Positions 39,070-49,239 of a stretch of DNA of 64,000 nucleotides are shown piece after piece (position 1 is the first letter of the stretch; each line of letters starts with the position of its first letter). Source of the DNA: Candidatus Nanopelagicales bacterium. Its GTDB lineage: Bacteria; Actinomycetota; Actinomycetes; S36-B12; UBA5976. The notes beneath the pieces were generated by a model that saw only the letters and a program-made list of their open reading frames with translations, did not search any database and was not told where the DNA came from. The stretch is from positions 155,393 through 219,392 of the forward strand of contig DAIRCR010000002.1 of assembly GCA_036796575.1 (NCBI GenBank), written 5' to 3'. Made by a program: the position numbers and the translations under genes.

Positions 39070-39167
39070 CAGGTAATTACGCCTGTAATTCCCAGTGCCT
39101 ACTGCAGGTAATTACGCGTGTAATTCCCAGTGCCTACTGCAGGTAATTACGCGTGTAATTCCCAGTG
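39070..39167. repeat. Tandem repeat, 35-bp unit x2.8, overlapping the 3' end of the ABM gene
   Basis: CAGGTAATTACGCSTGTAATTCCCAGTGCCTACTG at 39070, 39105 and 39140 (partial). Confidence 0.95.
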
Positions 39168-39437
39168 GGTAACCTCTGGCGGGTTTGCAAAAAATGGTCC
39201 GATTAATCCACGCCATTGGGTAAACAATTCTGATTCTCGGAATCCAACCATGTGGTCCTCGACAGTGTCCCAGCCAATTGCGATCAAATAAGTTGACGAC
39301 TTTTCAACGCCGCGGTGCACATGAATAACTTGAAACCCCTTGGCTTGTGAAACAACTGCTTTGGCTTGTTCCATTGCCGCTTCAAATTCAAGTTCTTTAC
39401 CTGGCACGATCTCCATGAATGCAGTTTCCATAATCAT
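39147..39437 (-). CDS. Antibiotic biosynthesis monooxygenase (ABM) family protein
   Basis: MIMETAFMEIVPGKELEFEAA, WDTVEDHMVGFRES. Confidence 0.85.
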   Translation of the reverse strand: MIMETAFMEIVPGKELEFEAAMEQAKAVVSQAKGFQVIHVHRGVEKSSTYLIAIGWDTVEDHMVGFRESELFTQWRGLIGPFFANPPEVTHWELHA

Positions 39438-39447
39438 GGTTGCCAGA

Positions 39448-41121
39448 TTACCTTTTGGCTCGCTTCTCATCCCACACAGGCTCGTCAGATTCTCGAACTG
39501 TCGAATCTCCGCCAAAAACTACGAACCGATCCATAGTCCGTGAGAACCAGCGATCATGAGTAACTGCAAGCACAGTTCCTTCGAAGGCATCCAGTGCTCG
39601 TTCTAACGCTTCTGCCGATTCCAAGTCAAGGTTGTCGGTCGGCTCATCAAGCAACAGCAAAGTTGCGCCAGACAATTCAAGCAAGAGAATTTGGAATCTT
39701 GCCTGCTGTCCGCCAGACAGCGATTCAAACTTCTGCTCACTTGCTCCAGCTAAGCCATAGCGATCCAAAGCTCGAGCCGATTGTTCTTGTTGCATGCCGC
39801 TTCGGTGTTCATCGCCACGGTGCAAAATCTCAATCAATGATTTACCAATTAGTTCTGGATGATGATGTGTCTGGGCGAACCAACCTGGTCTAATTCGAGC
39901 CCCAAGTTTTGCACTGCCAGTGTGGGCAACTGGATCAATCGTGACATCACTAATCGGTAAATGCTCTAACTCTGGATCCGATCCACCGGCTGCAAGTAAA
40001 CGTAGGAAGTGACTCTTGCCAGATCCGTTGGCGCCAAGGATTCCAACTCGTTCGCCGAACCAAATTTCTAGATCAAATGGTTCAACTAATCCAGTTAAGG
40101 AAAGTTCTTCGCAGACAACAGCTCGTTTACCAGTACGGCCACCTTTGAGGCGCATCTTTACATTTTGCTCAATTGGGATTTCTTGCGGTGGCCCAATTTC
40201 TTCAAACTTCTTTAATCGAGTTTGCGCGGCCTGATATCGCGAAGCCAGTCCGTCATTGAATTTGGCTTTGACTTTAAGCATCTGAACTAGATCTTTAATC
40301 TTTTGGTGCTCTTCATCCCAACGACGTCTTAGTTCCTCCAGGCGGGCAAAGCGATCTTTACGAGCTTGGCCATGAGAGGCAAATCCCCCACCATGAATCC
40401 AGACCGAGTTTCCGGCATGCCCTAACTCAAGAGTCACAATTTGCTTTGCAGTGTTGGCTAACAACTCACGATCGTGACTCACATATAGAACTGTTTTCTT
40501 GGTTTCATTCAACTGATCTTCTAGCCACTTCTTGCCAGGAACATCAAGGTAGTTATCTGGTTCATCAAGTAACAGAACTTCTTCTGGGCCACGTAACAAA
40601 GCTTCTAAAACTAATCGCTTTTGCTCACCACCGGAAAGACTGCCAGCCGATCGATATTGCGCTTGATCAAATGGCAATTGGATTGCAGCCATAGTGCAGA
40701 CGTCCCAAAGGACTTCGATGTCATATCCGCCAACATCAGCCCAGTCAGCAATTGCTTGGGCGTAAGCCATCTGATTCTTTTCGCTGTCATCTTCCATCAT
40801 GGCTAGTTCGGTGGCATCTATTCGTGCGGCCATTTGGGCAATAGCTGGTGGCGCAACCGTCAGCAATAAGTCTCGAACTGTGCCATCGGTCATGTGTCCG
40901 ACGAACTGACGCATCACGCCCAGTCCACCGGTGCGAGCAATGCTTCCTTCATGCGGTTGTTCATCGCCGGCAATCATTCGCATCAGCGTTGATTTGCCAG
41001 CACCGTTTGCGCCAATCAGTGCGGTAATTGCACCTTCGCCTACGCGGAAGGAAACATCAAGTAACAGAATTCGACCATCAGGAAGTGAATAAGTTACATG
41101 CTGGACATCAAGATGCCCCAT
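39448..41121 (-). CDS. ABC-F family ribosome-associated ATPase
   Basis: Two NBDs (GANGAGKS/LSGGE/LLLDEP and GANGSGKS/LSGGQ/LLLDEP), no TM domain. Confidence 0.92.
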   Translation of the reverse strand: MGHLDVQHVTYSLPDGRILLLDVSFRVGEGAITALIGANGAGKSTLMRMIAGDEQPHEGSIARTGGLGVMRQFVGHMTDGTVRDLLLTVAPPAIAQMAARIDATELAMMEDDSEKNQMAYAQAIADWADVGGYDIEVLWDVCTMAAIQLPFDQAQYRSAGSLSGGEQKRLVLEALLRGPEEVLLLDEPDNYLDVPGKKWLEDQLNETKKTVLYVSHDRELLANTAKQIVTLELGHAGNSVWIHGGGFASHGQARKDRFARLEELRRRWDEEHQKIKDLVQMLKVKAKFNDGLASRYQAAQTRLKKFEEIGPPQEIPIEQNVKMRLKGGRTGKRAVVCEELSLTGLVEPFDLEIWFGERVGILGANGSGKSHFLRLLAAGGSDPELEHLPISDVTIDPVAHTGSAKLGARIRPGWFAQTHHHPELIGKSLIEILHRGDEHRSGMQQEQSARALDRYGLAGASEQKFESLSGGQQARFQILLLELSGATLLLLDEPTDNLDLESAEALERALDAFEGTVLAVTHDRWFSRTMDRFVVFGGDSTVRESDEPVWDEKRAKR

Positions 41122-41962
41122 CAGAATCCCTTACTTGCAATGTCTCCGCGATCCGCTTGGCATACTCACTGGCATCGGGATACTTAACGTCGACCAAAGT
41201 AAGACCTAATGCTGGAGCTGCAAATACATGAGCTTCACGTTCTCGGCCTGCCAAGTAGTTTTCCAGCCAGGCCTTATCGAACTTGCCTTCGCCAATAGCT
41301 AGAACTGCGCCAATTAATCCGCGCACCATTGAATAGCAAAATGCATCTGCTTCTAATTCAACTTTGATTAATCCATCGGCGGTTTCTGTCCAGTCAAACT
41401 TCATCAAAGTTCGAATGGTTGTGGCACCTTCACGCTTTTTGCAGAATGCCGAAAAGTCATGCAGCCCAATTAAAGCTTGGCTGGCTTCATTCATTGCAGG
41501 AACATCTAGTGGCAGGTAACTGCGGTGTGCTCGATCGCGAAGCAATGGATTGCGCTGTCCCTGGTAAATCAAATACTCATACCGACGCGATAAGGCTGCA
41601 AACCGAGCATCAAAGTCTGGGGTTGTGACTTCGAGTTCCTGGATTGAAATGTCTTCCGGAAGAATCGCATTGATTCTGTATGTCAGATCCTTCATATCCA
41701 TGGCATCTGTTTCGGAAATGTCGAAATGAATTACCTGGGCAGTTGCATGAACTCCGGCATCGGTTCGTCCTGCGCACTGCACAATAACTCGATCGACTCG
41801 AAGAAACGTTGAAATGGCATTTTCAAGTTCGCCCTGCACTGTTCGTCGGTCTGGTTGCATTCCCCAGCCTGAGAAATCTTTACCGTCGTAGGAAATTTTG
41901 CCGCGAATGCGAATGAGCCCCTGCGCTGCGTTAGCAACGAGGGGCTCATTCGATAGAACCAT
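41108..41962 (-). CDS. truA: tRNA pseudouridine(38-40) synthase
   Basis: YDGKDFSGW, AGRTDAGVHA, FCYSMVR. Confidence 0.96.
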   Translation of the reverse strand: MVLSNEPLVANAAQGLIRIRGKISYDGKDFSGWGMQPDRRTVQGELENAISTFLRVDRVIVQCAGRTDAGVHATAQVIHFDISETDAMDMKDLTYRINAILPEDISIQELEVTTPDFDARFAALSRRYEYLIYQGQRNPLLRDRAHRSYLPLDVPAMNEASQALIGLHDFSAFCKKREGATTIRTLMKFDWTETADGLIKVELEADAFCYSMVRGLIGAVLAIGEGKFDKAWLENYLAGREREAHVFAAPALGLTLVDVKYPDASEYAKRIAETLQVRDSDGAS

Positions 41963-41966
41963 TTAT

Positions 41967-42653
41967 TTACGCTTCGTCAGTTTTTTCTTCAGAATCAGCT
42001 TCAGCGCTTTCTTCAGATGAAGCAGAAACTTCTTCTTCAATAACTGCTACTTCTTCAGCTGCCGCAACTTCTTCGACTGAGTCCACTACCTCGTCGACTA
42101 CGGTTTCAGATGGAACATCAATTTCGCCTTCCGATGCAATGACATCGACTGCGATGTCAGCATCGGCTTCGACGGCTGGCGCCGCTTCCGCCGCTGCGGC
42201 TGCTTCCTTGGCTGCTGCAGCGTCTTTTGCTGCCTTAGCCATTTCGGCTTCCTTAGCTGCCCGGCGTGCAACACCTTCAGCAGCGCGAGCTGCATCAAGA
42301 GCTTCAACAAGTTCGATCACTGCCATAGGAGCGTTATCGCCCTTACGTGGACCAATCTTGACGATGCGGGTGTAGCCACCTTCGCGATTTTCGTAGCGTG
42401 GACCAATCTCAGCGAAAAGTGTGTGCACTACATCCTTGTTACGGATGACTGTCAAAACTCGACGACGGGCATGTAGATCGCCCTTCTTTGAGATTGTGAT
42501 CAATCGCTCTGCAACCGGACGCAGACGACGTGCGCGTGCTTCAGTCGTTGTGATGCGACCATGCTCGAACAACGCAGTTGCGAGGTTAGCCAAGATTAGG
42601 CGCTCGTGTGATGGGCTTCCGCCCATTCGCTTGCCCTTGGATGGCTGTGGCAT
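41967..42653 (-). CDS. rplQ: 50S ribosomal protein L17 with acidic Ala/Glu tail
   Basis: [25 protein letters not shown]. Confidence 0.97.
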   Translation of the reverse strand: MPQPSKGKRMGGSPSHERLILANLATALFEHGRITTTEARARRLRPVAERLITISKKGDLHARRRVLTVIRNKDVVHTLFAEIGPRYENREGGYTRIVKIGPRKGDNAPMAVIELVEALDAARAAEGVARRAAKEAEMAKAAKDAAAAKEAAAAAEAAPAVEADADIAVDVIASEGEIDVPSETVVDEVVDSVEEVAAAEEVAVIEEEVSASSEESAEADSEEKTDEA

Positions 42654-42693
42654 GTTTCTCTCCTGTCAATTCGTTACTGGAAACGAGAACTCG

Positions 42694-43815
42694 TTAGAGC
42701 TGCTCGTCCTCAGCGAAACTTTGGTCGTCATCGGCTGTTGCATCATCAGCTGATACTTCAACTGGTGCTGCTTCCGACTGGAAAGTTGCATATGAACCAG
42801 CTGGTGCAAATGCTTCTTCTTCGTCTTCGTTGTAATCATCGTCGAATGCCGATGCGTACTGGCTTGGGTCAAATCCTGGAGGTGAATCCTTCAGTGCAAT
42901 TCCCATGGAAGCTAACTTGTCCTTGACTTCGTCAATTGACTTAGCGCCAAAGTTACGAATGTCCATCAAGTCTGCTTCGGAACGTGTGATTAGTTCTCCA
43001 ACAGTGTGGATACCTTCACGCTTTAGGCAGTTGTATGAACGAACGGTTAGGTCAAGTGCTTCAACCGGCATGCTTAGCTGTTCGGCTGCAAACTGATCAG
43101 TTACTGATGGACCAATTTCGATACCTTCAGCGTCAACGTTAAGTTCACGAGCTAGGCCGAATAGTTCAACAAGTGTTGCTCCAGCAGATGCAATTGCATC
43201 GCGAGGTGCAATTGATCCCTTGGTCTCAACATCGATTACTAGTGAGTCGAAGTCAGTGCGCTGTTCAACACGTGTTGCTTCAACCTTGTAAGTGACCTTA
43301 AGAACTGGTGAGTAAATTGAGTCGATTGGAATTCGCCCAATTTCGCCACCGGATGCCTTGTTGTTAGCTGCCGAGATGTAACCGCGACCCTGTTCAACAA
43401 CGATTTCCATGTCTAGCTTGCCCTTGTCATTCAGGGTAGCTAGGAACAATTCTGGGTTAAAGATTTCAACTCCAGCTGGTGGCGCAATGTCAGCAGCTGT
43501 AACTGGGCCTGGGCCCTGCTTCTTTAAGTACATAGTTACTGGCTCGTCGAACTGTGAAGACACAACCAAGTTCTTTAGGTTCAGGATGACTTCAGTGATG
43601 TCTTCCTTAACACCTTCGATGGTGGTGAATTCATGTAGAACGCCGTCAAGCTTGATGCTTGTGATTGCTGCACCTGGAATAGATGAGAGCAAAGTACGGC
43701 GTAGTGAGTTACCAAGTGTGTAACCAAAACCTGGTTCTAGCGGTGCAAGCACAAAGCGGGAACGAGTTTCGGATAGTACTTCTTCTTTTAGTTCTGGGCG
43801 GACTGAGATCAGCAC
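42694..43815 (-). CDS. rpoA: RNA polymerase alpha subunit
   Basis: [33 protein letters not shown]. Confidence 0.99.
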   Translation of the reverse strand: MLISVRPELKEEVLSETRSRFVLAPLEPGFGYTLGNSLRRTLLSSIPGAAITSIKLDGVLHEFTTIEGVKEDITEVILNLKNLVVSSQFDEPVTMYLKKQGPGPVTAADIAPPAGVEIFNPELFLATLNDKGKLDMEIVVEQGRGYISAANNKASGGEIGRIPIDSIYSPVLKVTYKVEATRVEQRTDFDSLVIDVETKGSIAPRDAIASAGATLVELFGLARELNVDAEGIEIGPSVTDQFAAEQLSMPVEALDLTVRSYNCLKREGIHTVGELITRSEADLMDIRNFGAKSIDEVKDKLASMGIALKDSPPGFDPSQYASAFDDDYNEDEEEAFAPAGSYATFQSEAAPVEVSADDATADDDQSFAEDEQL

Positions 43816-43873
43816 AGTTATTTCCTTCCGGCGACGACCACTATTTGAAGTCGCTGTTTGATGGGGATGTTAA

Positions 43874-44500
43874 TTACTTGGAGTAAAGTTCAACGATCAA
43901 CTGTTCCTGAACCTGAGTGTCAATGACCTCACGTGCAGGAAGGGAGTGGACCAGGATGCGCATGCCAGCTGGAATAACTTCCAACCAAGCAGGAACGGTG
44001 CGTTCGCCAATTTCTGCGTAAGCAACTTGGAATGGTGTCATTTCAAGTGATGACTTACGAACTTCAATAACGTCGTTAGGGCTAACGCGGAAAGACGGGA
44101 TGTCTACCTTTTTGCCATTAACAACGATATGTCCGTGACGAACAATCTGACGTGCCATGTCGCGGCTCTTTGCAAAGCCAGCGCGGAAAATGACATTGTC
44201 CAGACGTGATTCAAGAATGCGAAGTAGGTTTTCACCAGTCTTGCCGTGCTTACGGCTAGCTTCTTCGTAGTATCCGCGGAACTGCTTTTCAAGCACACCG
44301 TAAATACGTGCAGTCTTCTGCTTTTCACGCATCTGTAATAAGTACTCGGATTCCTTAGCGCGTCCACGACCATGCTGGCCTGGAGGGTAAGGACGGGATT
44401 CCATTGGGCACTTTGGTGAATCACACTTAGAGCCCTTGAGGAATAACTTTGTTTTTTCGCGACGGCAGCGCTTGCAATCGGGACCGGTATAACGAGCCAT
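43874..44500 (-). CDS. rpsD: 30S ribosomal protein S4
   Basis: [29 protein letters not shown]. Confidence 0.98.
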   Translation of the reverse strand: MARYTGPDCKRCRREKTKLFLKGSKCDSPKCPMESRPYPPGQHGRGRAKESEYLLQMREKQKTARIYGVLEKQFRGYYEEASRKHGKTGENLLRILESRLDNVIFRAGFAKSRDMARQIVRHGHIVVNGKKVDIPSFRVSPNDVIEVRKSSLEMTPFQVAYAEIGERTVPAWLEVIPAGMRILVHSLPAREVIDTQVQEQLIVELYSK

Positions 44501-44526
44501 TAGTTTTGTCTCCTAAATTCTTCGTA

Positions 44527-44934
44527 TCAGACGCGGCGACGCTTGGGCGGGCGGCATCCGTTATGAGGGACAGGGGTCATGTCTTGGATCGTTCCGACCT
44601 CAAGACCAGAGGCCTGCAGGGAACGGATCGCAGTTTCGCGACCTGAGCCTGGGCCCTTTACAAAGACATCAACTTTCTTCATGCCGTGTTCCATCGCACG
44701 CTTTGCAGCAGCTTCGGCAGCCATCTGAGCAGCGAACGGCGTGCTCTTACGACTTCCCTTGAAACCAACCTGGCCAGCAGATGACCAAGAGATAACAGCA
44801 CCAGATGGATCGGTGATTGAAACGATTGTGTTGTTGAATGTTGACTTGATGTAGGCCTGACCTACAGCAACATTCTTCTTTTCTTTGCGACGGATCTTCT
44901 TAGCACCGGCCGCAGTAGCTTTCTTTGGAGGCAT
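44527..44934 (-). CDS. rpsK: 30S ribosomal protein S11
   Basis: [30 protein letters not shown]. Confidence 0.99.
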   Translation of the reverse strand: MPPKKATAAGAKKIRRKEKKNVAVGQAYIKSTFNNTIVSITDPSGAVISWSSAGQVGFKGSRKSTPFAAQMAAEAAAKRAMEHGMKKVDVFVKGPGSGRETAIRSLQASGLEVGTIQDMTPVPHNGCRPPKRRRV

Positions 44935-44969
44935 TGGATTCCTTTTTCTCGATTGGGAAGAGGCAGTAG

Positions 44970-45347
44970 CTACTTAGCTACTTTCTTCTTTCCAGCCACG
45001 GTCTTCTTCGGACCTTTACGGGTACGGGCGTTGGTGTGGGTGCGCTGTCCACGGACAGGCATTCCACGACGATGACGGATTCCTTGGTACGAACCGATTT
45101 CAATCTTGCGACGAATATCTGCTTGTACCTCGCGACGAAGGTCACCTTCAATTTTGAAGTTGGCTTCGATGTATTCGCGTAACGGAATCAATTGCTCATC
45201 CGTTAAATCCTTAACGCGAAGATCTGGGCTAATGCCGGTAGCCGCGAGGATTTCATCCGCGCGGGTACGGCCAATGCCGAAGATATATGTGAGGGCGATC
45301 TCTAGACGCTTTTCGCGCGGGAGGTCGACACCAACAAGGCGTGCCAT
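44970..45347 (-). CDS. rpsM: 30S ribosomal protein S13
   Basis: [20 protein letters not shown]. Confidence 0.99.
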   Translation of the reverse strand: MARLVGVDLPREKRLEIALTYIFGIGRTRADEILAATGISPDLRVKDLTDEQLIPLREYIEANFKIEGDLRREVQADIRRKIEIGSYQGIRHRRGMPVRGQRTHTNARTRKGPKKTVAGKKKVAK

Positions 45348-45501
45348 CAGGCGTATCTCATTTCTTTTCGTGGTAAAGGTCTCGCACGTTCACCATTCCT
45401 TGCCGCCTGACAAGGTTCTCAGCCTTTACACACCTGAGAGTGTCGTTCCGAATTCACGCACGCGTTCATTCGGGATCGGGTGATCGTCTTTTATTGTTGT
45501 C

Positions 45502-45615
45502 TTATCCCTGACGCTGTTTGTGGCGCGGGTTTTCGCAAATAACCATGACTACACCATGACGACGAATGACTTTGCACTTGTCGCACATTGGCTTAACTGA
45601 GGGATTAACCTTCAC
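45502..45615 (-). CDS. rpmJ: 50S ribosomal protein L36 (absent from the ORF track, 37 aa)
   Basis: Manual translation from GTG: [37 protein letters not shown]. Confidence 0.97.
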   Translation of the reverse strand: MKVNPSVKPMCDKCKVIRRHGVVMVICENPRHKQRQG

Positions 45616-45629
45616 TTTTTAGATCCTGA

Positions 45630-45851
45630 TCACTTGTAGCGGTAGACAATTCTTCCGCGGGTTAGATCGTATGGAGATAGCTCCACAACAACCTTGTCAT
45701 CAGGCAGGATACGGATGTAGTGCATACGCATCTTGCCGGAAATGTGTGCAAGTACTTTGTGACCGTTTTCGAGTTCTACCCGGAACATAGCGTTCGGCAG
45801 AGCCTCGGTGATAGTGCCCTCGATTTCGATGGCGCCGTCTTTTTTGGCCAT
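45630..45851 (-). CDS. infA: Translation initiation factor IF-1
   Basis: [27 protein letters not shown]. Confidence 0.99.
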   Translation of the reverse strand: MAKKDGAIEIEGTITEALPNAMFRVELENGHKVLAHISGKMRMHYIRILPDDKVVVELSPYDLTRGRIVYRYK

Positions 45852-46028
45852 AAAGGTCTTGTACTCCCTCAGAAGCGGCTCTCTTACGGAATTGCAAGAG
45901 GACCGACGTCCGATGTTACGGCAATACCCTGCAAAACATGAAATCCTGGGATTGACCCCCCATTGAAATAAGGGTTTTTCAATTTCTAGTCTGACCCAAT
46001 TGGCGAGATTCTTGGGTCAATTACTCAC

Positions 46029-46859
46029 TCAAACTGCGTATTTTGCAGCTGGACTAGGGATTCCATGGGCCTGGAAGTAAGCGGCTCCCCCGTCGCGGGC
46101 GGTTAGCACCCACGGGCCCTCTTCGGTGATTGCAACGGTGTGCTCCCAGTGCGCAGCGCGGGAACCATCAGTAGTTACGACAGTCCAATCATCTTCCAGA
46201 GTTAGCACGTGACGACTGCCTAAAGTTGCCATCGGTTCAATGGCAAGTGCCATACCTACGACTAACTCTGGTCCATGTCCCGGTTCACCGTAGTTAGGTA
46301 CAAGTGGATCCATGTGCATTTTGGTTCCAATTCCATGACCGCCGTACTCTTCTAAAATTCCGTACGGACCTGCAGCCCGAATTGATTTTTCAACTGCATG
46401 GCTGATATCAGAAAGTCGATTGCCTGAAACCGCTTTAGATAGTCCAGCCCACATCGAAAGTTCTGTTGCTTTACTCAGTGCAGTTTGTTTTTCAATTGCA
46501 GTTCCAATTTCTATTGTTACCGCAGCATCGCCGTTCCAGCCCTCGATGATCGCACCAAAGTCAACCGAAAGAATATCGCCATCTTGCAAAGTTCGTGGAT
46601 TTGGAATTGCATGAACGACTTCTTCATTAACCGATGCACAAATAACAGATGGATAGCCGAAGTAACCAAGGAAAGATGATTCAGCTCCAGCAGCCTTTAA
46701 CATTTCGCGTGCGATGCGATCAAGCTGTTCAGTTGTCACGCCAGGAACTGCTTCAACTTGCATGCGAGCAAGTACATCGGCAACAACAAGTCCAGCTTTG
46801 CGCATCAAAAGAAATTGATCGGGTGTTTTGATTTCAAATTTACTTTTACGACCAAACAT
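46029..46859 (-). CDS. map: Type I methionyl aminopeptidase
   Basis: SVNEEVVH, DFGA, GHGIG, AIEPM, AHWEHT. Confidence 0.96.
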   Translation of the reverse strand: MFGRKSKFEIKTPDQFLLMRKAGLVVADVLARMQVEAVPGVTTEQLDRIAREMLKAAGAESSFLGYFGYPSVICASVNEEVVHAIPNPRTLQDGDILSVDFGAIIEGWNGDAAVTIEIGTAIEKQTALSKATELSMWAGLSKAVSGNRLSDISHAVEKSIRAAGPYGILEEYGGHGIGTKMHMDPLVPNYGEPGHGPELVVGMALAIEPMATLGSRHVLTLEDDWTVVTTDGSRAAHWEHTVAITEEGPWVLTARDGGAAYFQAHGIPSPAAKYAV

Positions 46860-46868
46860 TTGGTCCTA

Positions 46869-47426
46869 CTAACTATTTAACGCAGCAGAAATTCGCGCAG
46901 TTACGTCTTCTACAGATCCAAGTCCATCAACTTGCACCAGCAGTCCGCGCGATTTGTAAAGAGCAGTTAGTGGTGCTGTTTGCTCTTCATAAACTTCAAG
47001 TCGGCGACGAATCACTTCTTCAGTGTCGTCTGCGCGACCTTGCTCGATTGCTCGACCAAGTAGACGCTTAACAACTACGTCAGTATCTGCTGTTAGTTCA
47101 ATGACTCGGTCTAGTGGCTTGGCACTGAGCATGCCATCAAGCTCTGCAACTTGGGCAACAGTGCGTGGGTAGCCATCAAGGAGGAATCCAACTTGAGTGT
47201 CAGCATCCTTAAGGCGTTCGCGAACCATGCCGTTAGTAACTGAGTCGGGAACGTACTCGCCAGCATCCATGTACTTCTTAGCTTCTTGACCTAGTGCAGT
47301 TCCCTGAGTCAGGTTCAAACGAAATAGATCACCAGTTGATACGTGTGGAATTCCAAACTCTTCGCAGATCATGGCTGCTTGAGTACCTTTGCCAGCTCCT
47401 GGTGGCCCCATGATGAGCAGGCGCAT
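46869..47426 (-). CDS. adk: Adenylate kinase (short LID)
   Basis: GPPGAGKGTQA, STGDLFR, DGYPR, GRADD. Confidence 0.98.
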   Translation of the reverse strand: MRLLIMGPPGAGKGTQAAMICEEFGIPHVSTGDLFRLNLTQGTALGQEAKKYMDAGEYVPDSVTNGMVRERLKDADTQVGFLLDGYPRTVAQVAELDGMLSAKPLDRVIELTADTDVVVKRLLGRAIEQGRADDTEEVIRRRLEVYEEQTAPLTALYKSRGLLVQVDGLGSVEDVTARISAALNS

Positions 47427-48718
47427 TACTTCAGAAAGCCTTCGTAATTGCGCTGTTGCAACTGGCTTTCAATTTGCTTCACGGTATCTAGAGCTACACC
47501 GACGATGATCAAGATACTTGTGCCACCGAAAGCAAAACGTGAGCCAACTCCAAGCGCCTCAAACGCTAAATAAGGCAGGGTTGCGATTGTTGCAAGGTAC
47601 AAAGCACCTGGCAGAGTGATGCGGTTCAAAACATAGGCAAGGTAGTCAGCGGTTGGCTTTCCAGCACGGATGCCAGGAATGAATCCGCCGTACTGCTTCA
47701 TGTTGTCAGCAGTTTCTTCTGGGTTGAAAGTGATCGAAACATAGAAGTATGCAAAGAAAAGAATCAATAGGAAGTTAAGTGTTAGGTATCCGGCTCGGCC
47801 TGGATCCATGTTGGTAGCAACCCATTGCGCCCAATCTGCTTCCGAACCAGTCAGCTGAACAATCAACGATGGAATATAAAGCAAGGAGGAAGCGAAGATA
47901 ACCGGGATGATGCCAGCCTGGTTGACCTTGATTGGCAAGTAAGTAGAAGTGCCGCCGTAAGACTTGCGACCAACTTGACGCTTTGCATACTGCACTGGAA
48001 TTCGTCGCTGAGCTTGCTCAACGAAAACAATGGCGACGATTGTTAAACCAATTACCAGCATTACGGATAGGAACTTTAGCGAACCATCGATTGTAAAGAT
48101 AGAAACCAGTTGACCTGGGAAGGAAGAAATAATGGATGCGAAAATCAAAATCGACATACCGTTACCAACGCCACGGTCAGTAATCAATTCGCCGAACCAC
48201 ATGATCAGAGCAGTTCCTGCAGTCATAACTACAACAAGGGTTAGCAACATTTGAATCGACTGGTTAGGCAAAAGTTGTTCGTTACATCCCTGGAACAAAC
48301 GTCCTGGGGTACGAGCCAAAGTGATGATGGTTGTGGACTGAAGTATCGCAAGACCAATCGTTAAGTAACGGGTGTATTGCGTAATCTTGGCTTGTCCGGA
48401 TGAGCCTTCTTTTTTCAAAGTTTCTAGGCGAGGAATAACAACCGTAAGCAACTGAATGATAATGCTTGCTGTGATGTAAGGCATGATGCCGAGTGCAAAC
48501 ACAGATAGCTGCAACAGTGCGCCACCGCTGAATAGGTTAATCAGGCCGTAGATCGAATTATCTTGAACTGAATCAACACAAGTTTGAACTGCGGTGTAAC
48601 TAACACCAGGAGCTGGAACTACTGAACCAAGGCGGAAGACACCAATGATGCCCAAAGTAAACAACAGTTTGCGACGCAAATCCGGAGTTCGGAATGCGGC
48701 TGCGAATGCACTAAGCAC
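47426..48718 (-). CDS. secY: Preprotein translocase SecY
   Basis: FALGIMPYITASII, RRIPVQY, IPGIRAG, GGTSILI. Confidence 0.99.
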   Translation of the reverse strand: MLSAFAAAFRTPDLRRKLLFTLGIIGVFRLGSVVPAPGVSYTAVQTCVDSVQDNSIYGLINLFSGGALLQLSVFALGIMPYITASIIIQLLTVVIPRLETLKKEGSSGQAKITQYTRYLTIGLAILQSTTIITLARTPGRLFQGCNEQLLPNQSIQMLLTLVVVMTAGTALIMWFGELITDRGVGNGMSILIFASIISSFPGQLVSIFTIDGSLKFLSVMLVIGLTIVAIVFVEQAQRRIPVQYAKRQVGRKSYGGTSTYLPIKVNQAGIIPVIFASSLLYIPSLIVQLTGSEADWAQWVATNMDPGRAGYLTLNFLLILFFAYFYVSITFNPEETADNMKQYGGFIPGIRAGKPTADYLAYVLNRITLPGALYLATIATLPYLAFEALGVGSRFAFGGTSILIIVGVALDTVKQIESQLQQRNYEGFLK

Positions 48719-48746
48719 TGTTGCCTCCTTTTAATTAACTGATAAG

Positions 48747-48794
48747 AAAAACATTTGACTTCGACAGCCTCATACTTGCTGTCGAAGTCAAATG
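48747..48794 (-). terminator. Perfect 17-bp hairpin + U5 between rplO and secY
   Basis: CATTTGACTTCGACAGC(48752-68)/GCTGTCGAAGTCAAATG(48778-94); A5 at 48747-51 reads as U5 on the minus strand. Confidence 0.7.
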
Positions 48795-48796
48795 CA

Positions 48797-49237
48797 TCAG
48801 ATCTGGGTTACGGAACCACCAGCGGCAGCAATTTTTGCCTTAGCTGATTCTGAGAAAGCATTAGCAGTTACCTTTACAGAAACTGTGATGTCACCCTGGC
48901 CAAGCACCTTAACTAGTTCGCCCTTGCGGACAGCTCCAGCCTTAACAAGGTCAGCAATTGTTACGTCGCCGCCCTTTGGAAATAGTGCGTTGATTTGAGC
49001 AACGTTAACGACCTGGTACTCAGTGCCAAATGGATTCTTGAAACCCTTCAACTTTGGAGTACGCATGTGAAGTGGCATTTGGCCACCCTCGAAGCGAGCT
49101 GGAACTTGATAGCGAGCCTTTGTACCCTTGGTACCGCGACCAGCTGTCTTACCCTTGCTACCTTCACCACGGCCTACGCGTGTCTTGGCAGTCTTGCTAC
49201 CCGGAGCCGGGCGAAGATGATGAACCTTAAGTGTCAT
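48797..49237 (-). CDS. rplO: 50S ribosomal protein L15
   Basis: [16 protein letters not shown]. Confidence 0.98.
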   Translation of the reverse strand: MTLKVHHLRPAPGSKTAKTRVGRGEGSKGKTAGRGTKGTKARYQVPARFEGGQMPLHMRTPKLKGFKNPFGTEYQVVNVAQINALFPKGGDVTIADLVKAGAVRKGELVKVLGQGDITVSVKVTANAFSESAKAKIAAAGGSVTQI

Positions 49238-49239
49238 GG

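Noticed and set aside
2519-39167. The 78-, 74- and 35-bp repeats as CRISPR arrays
   Set aside because: No unique spacers between short constant repeats, at most three units, and no cas genes in the window
45992-46019. TGACCCAA/TTGGGTCA hairpin after map as a terminator
   Set aside because: 8-bp stem with a 12-nt loop and no U-tract; too weak to call
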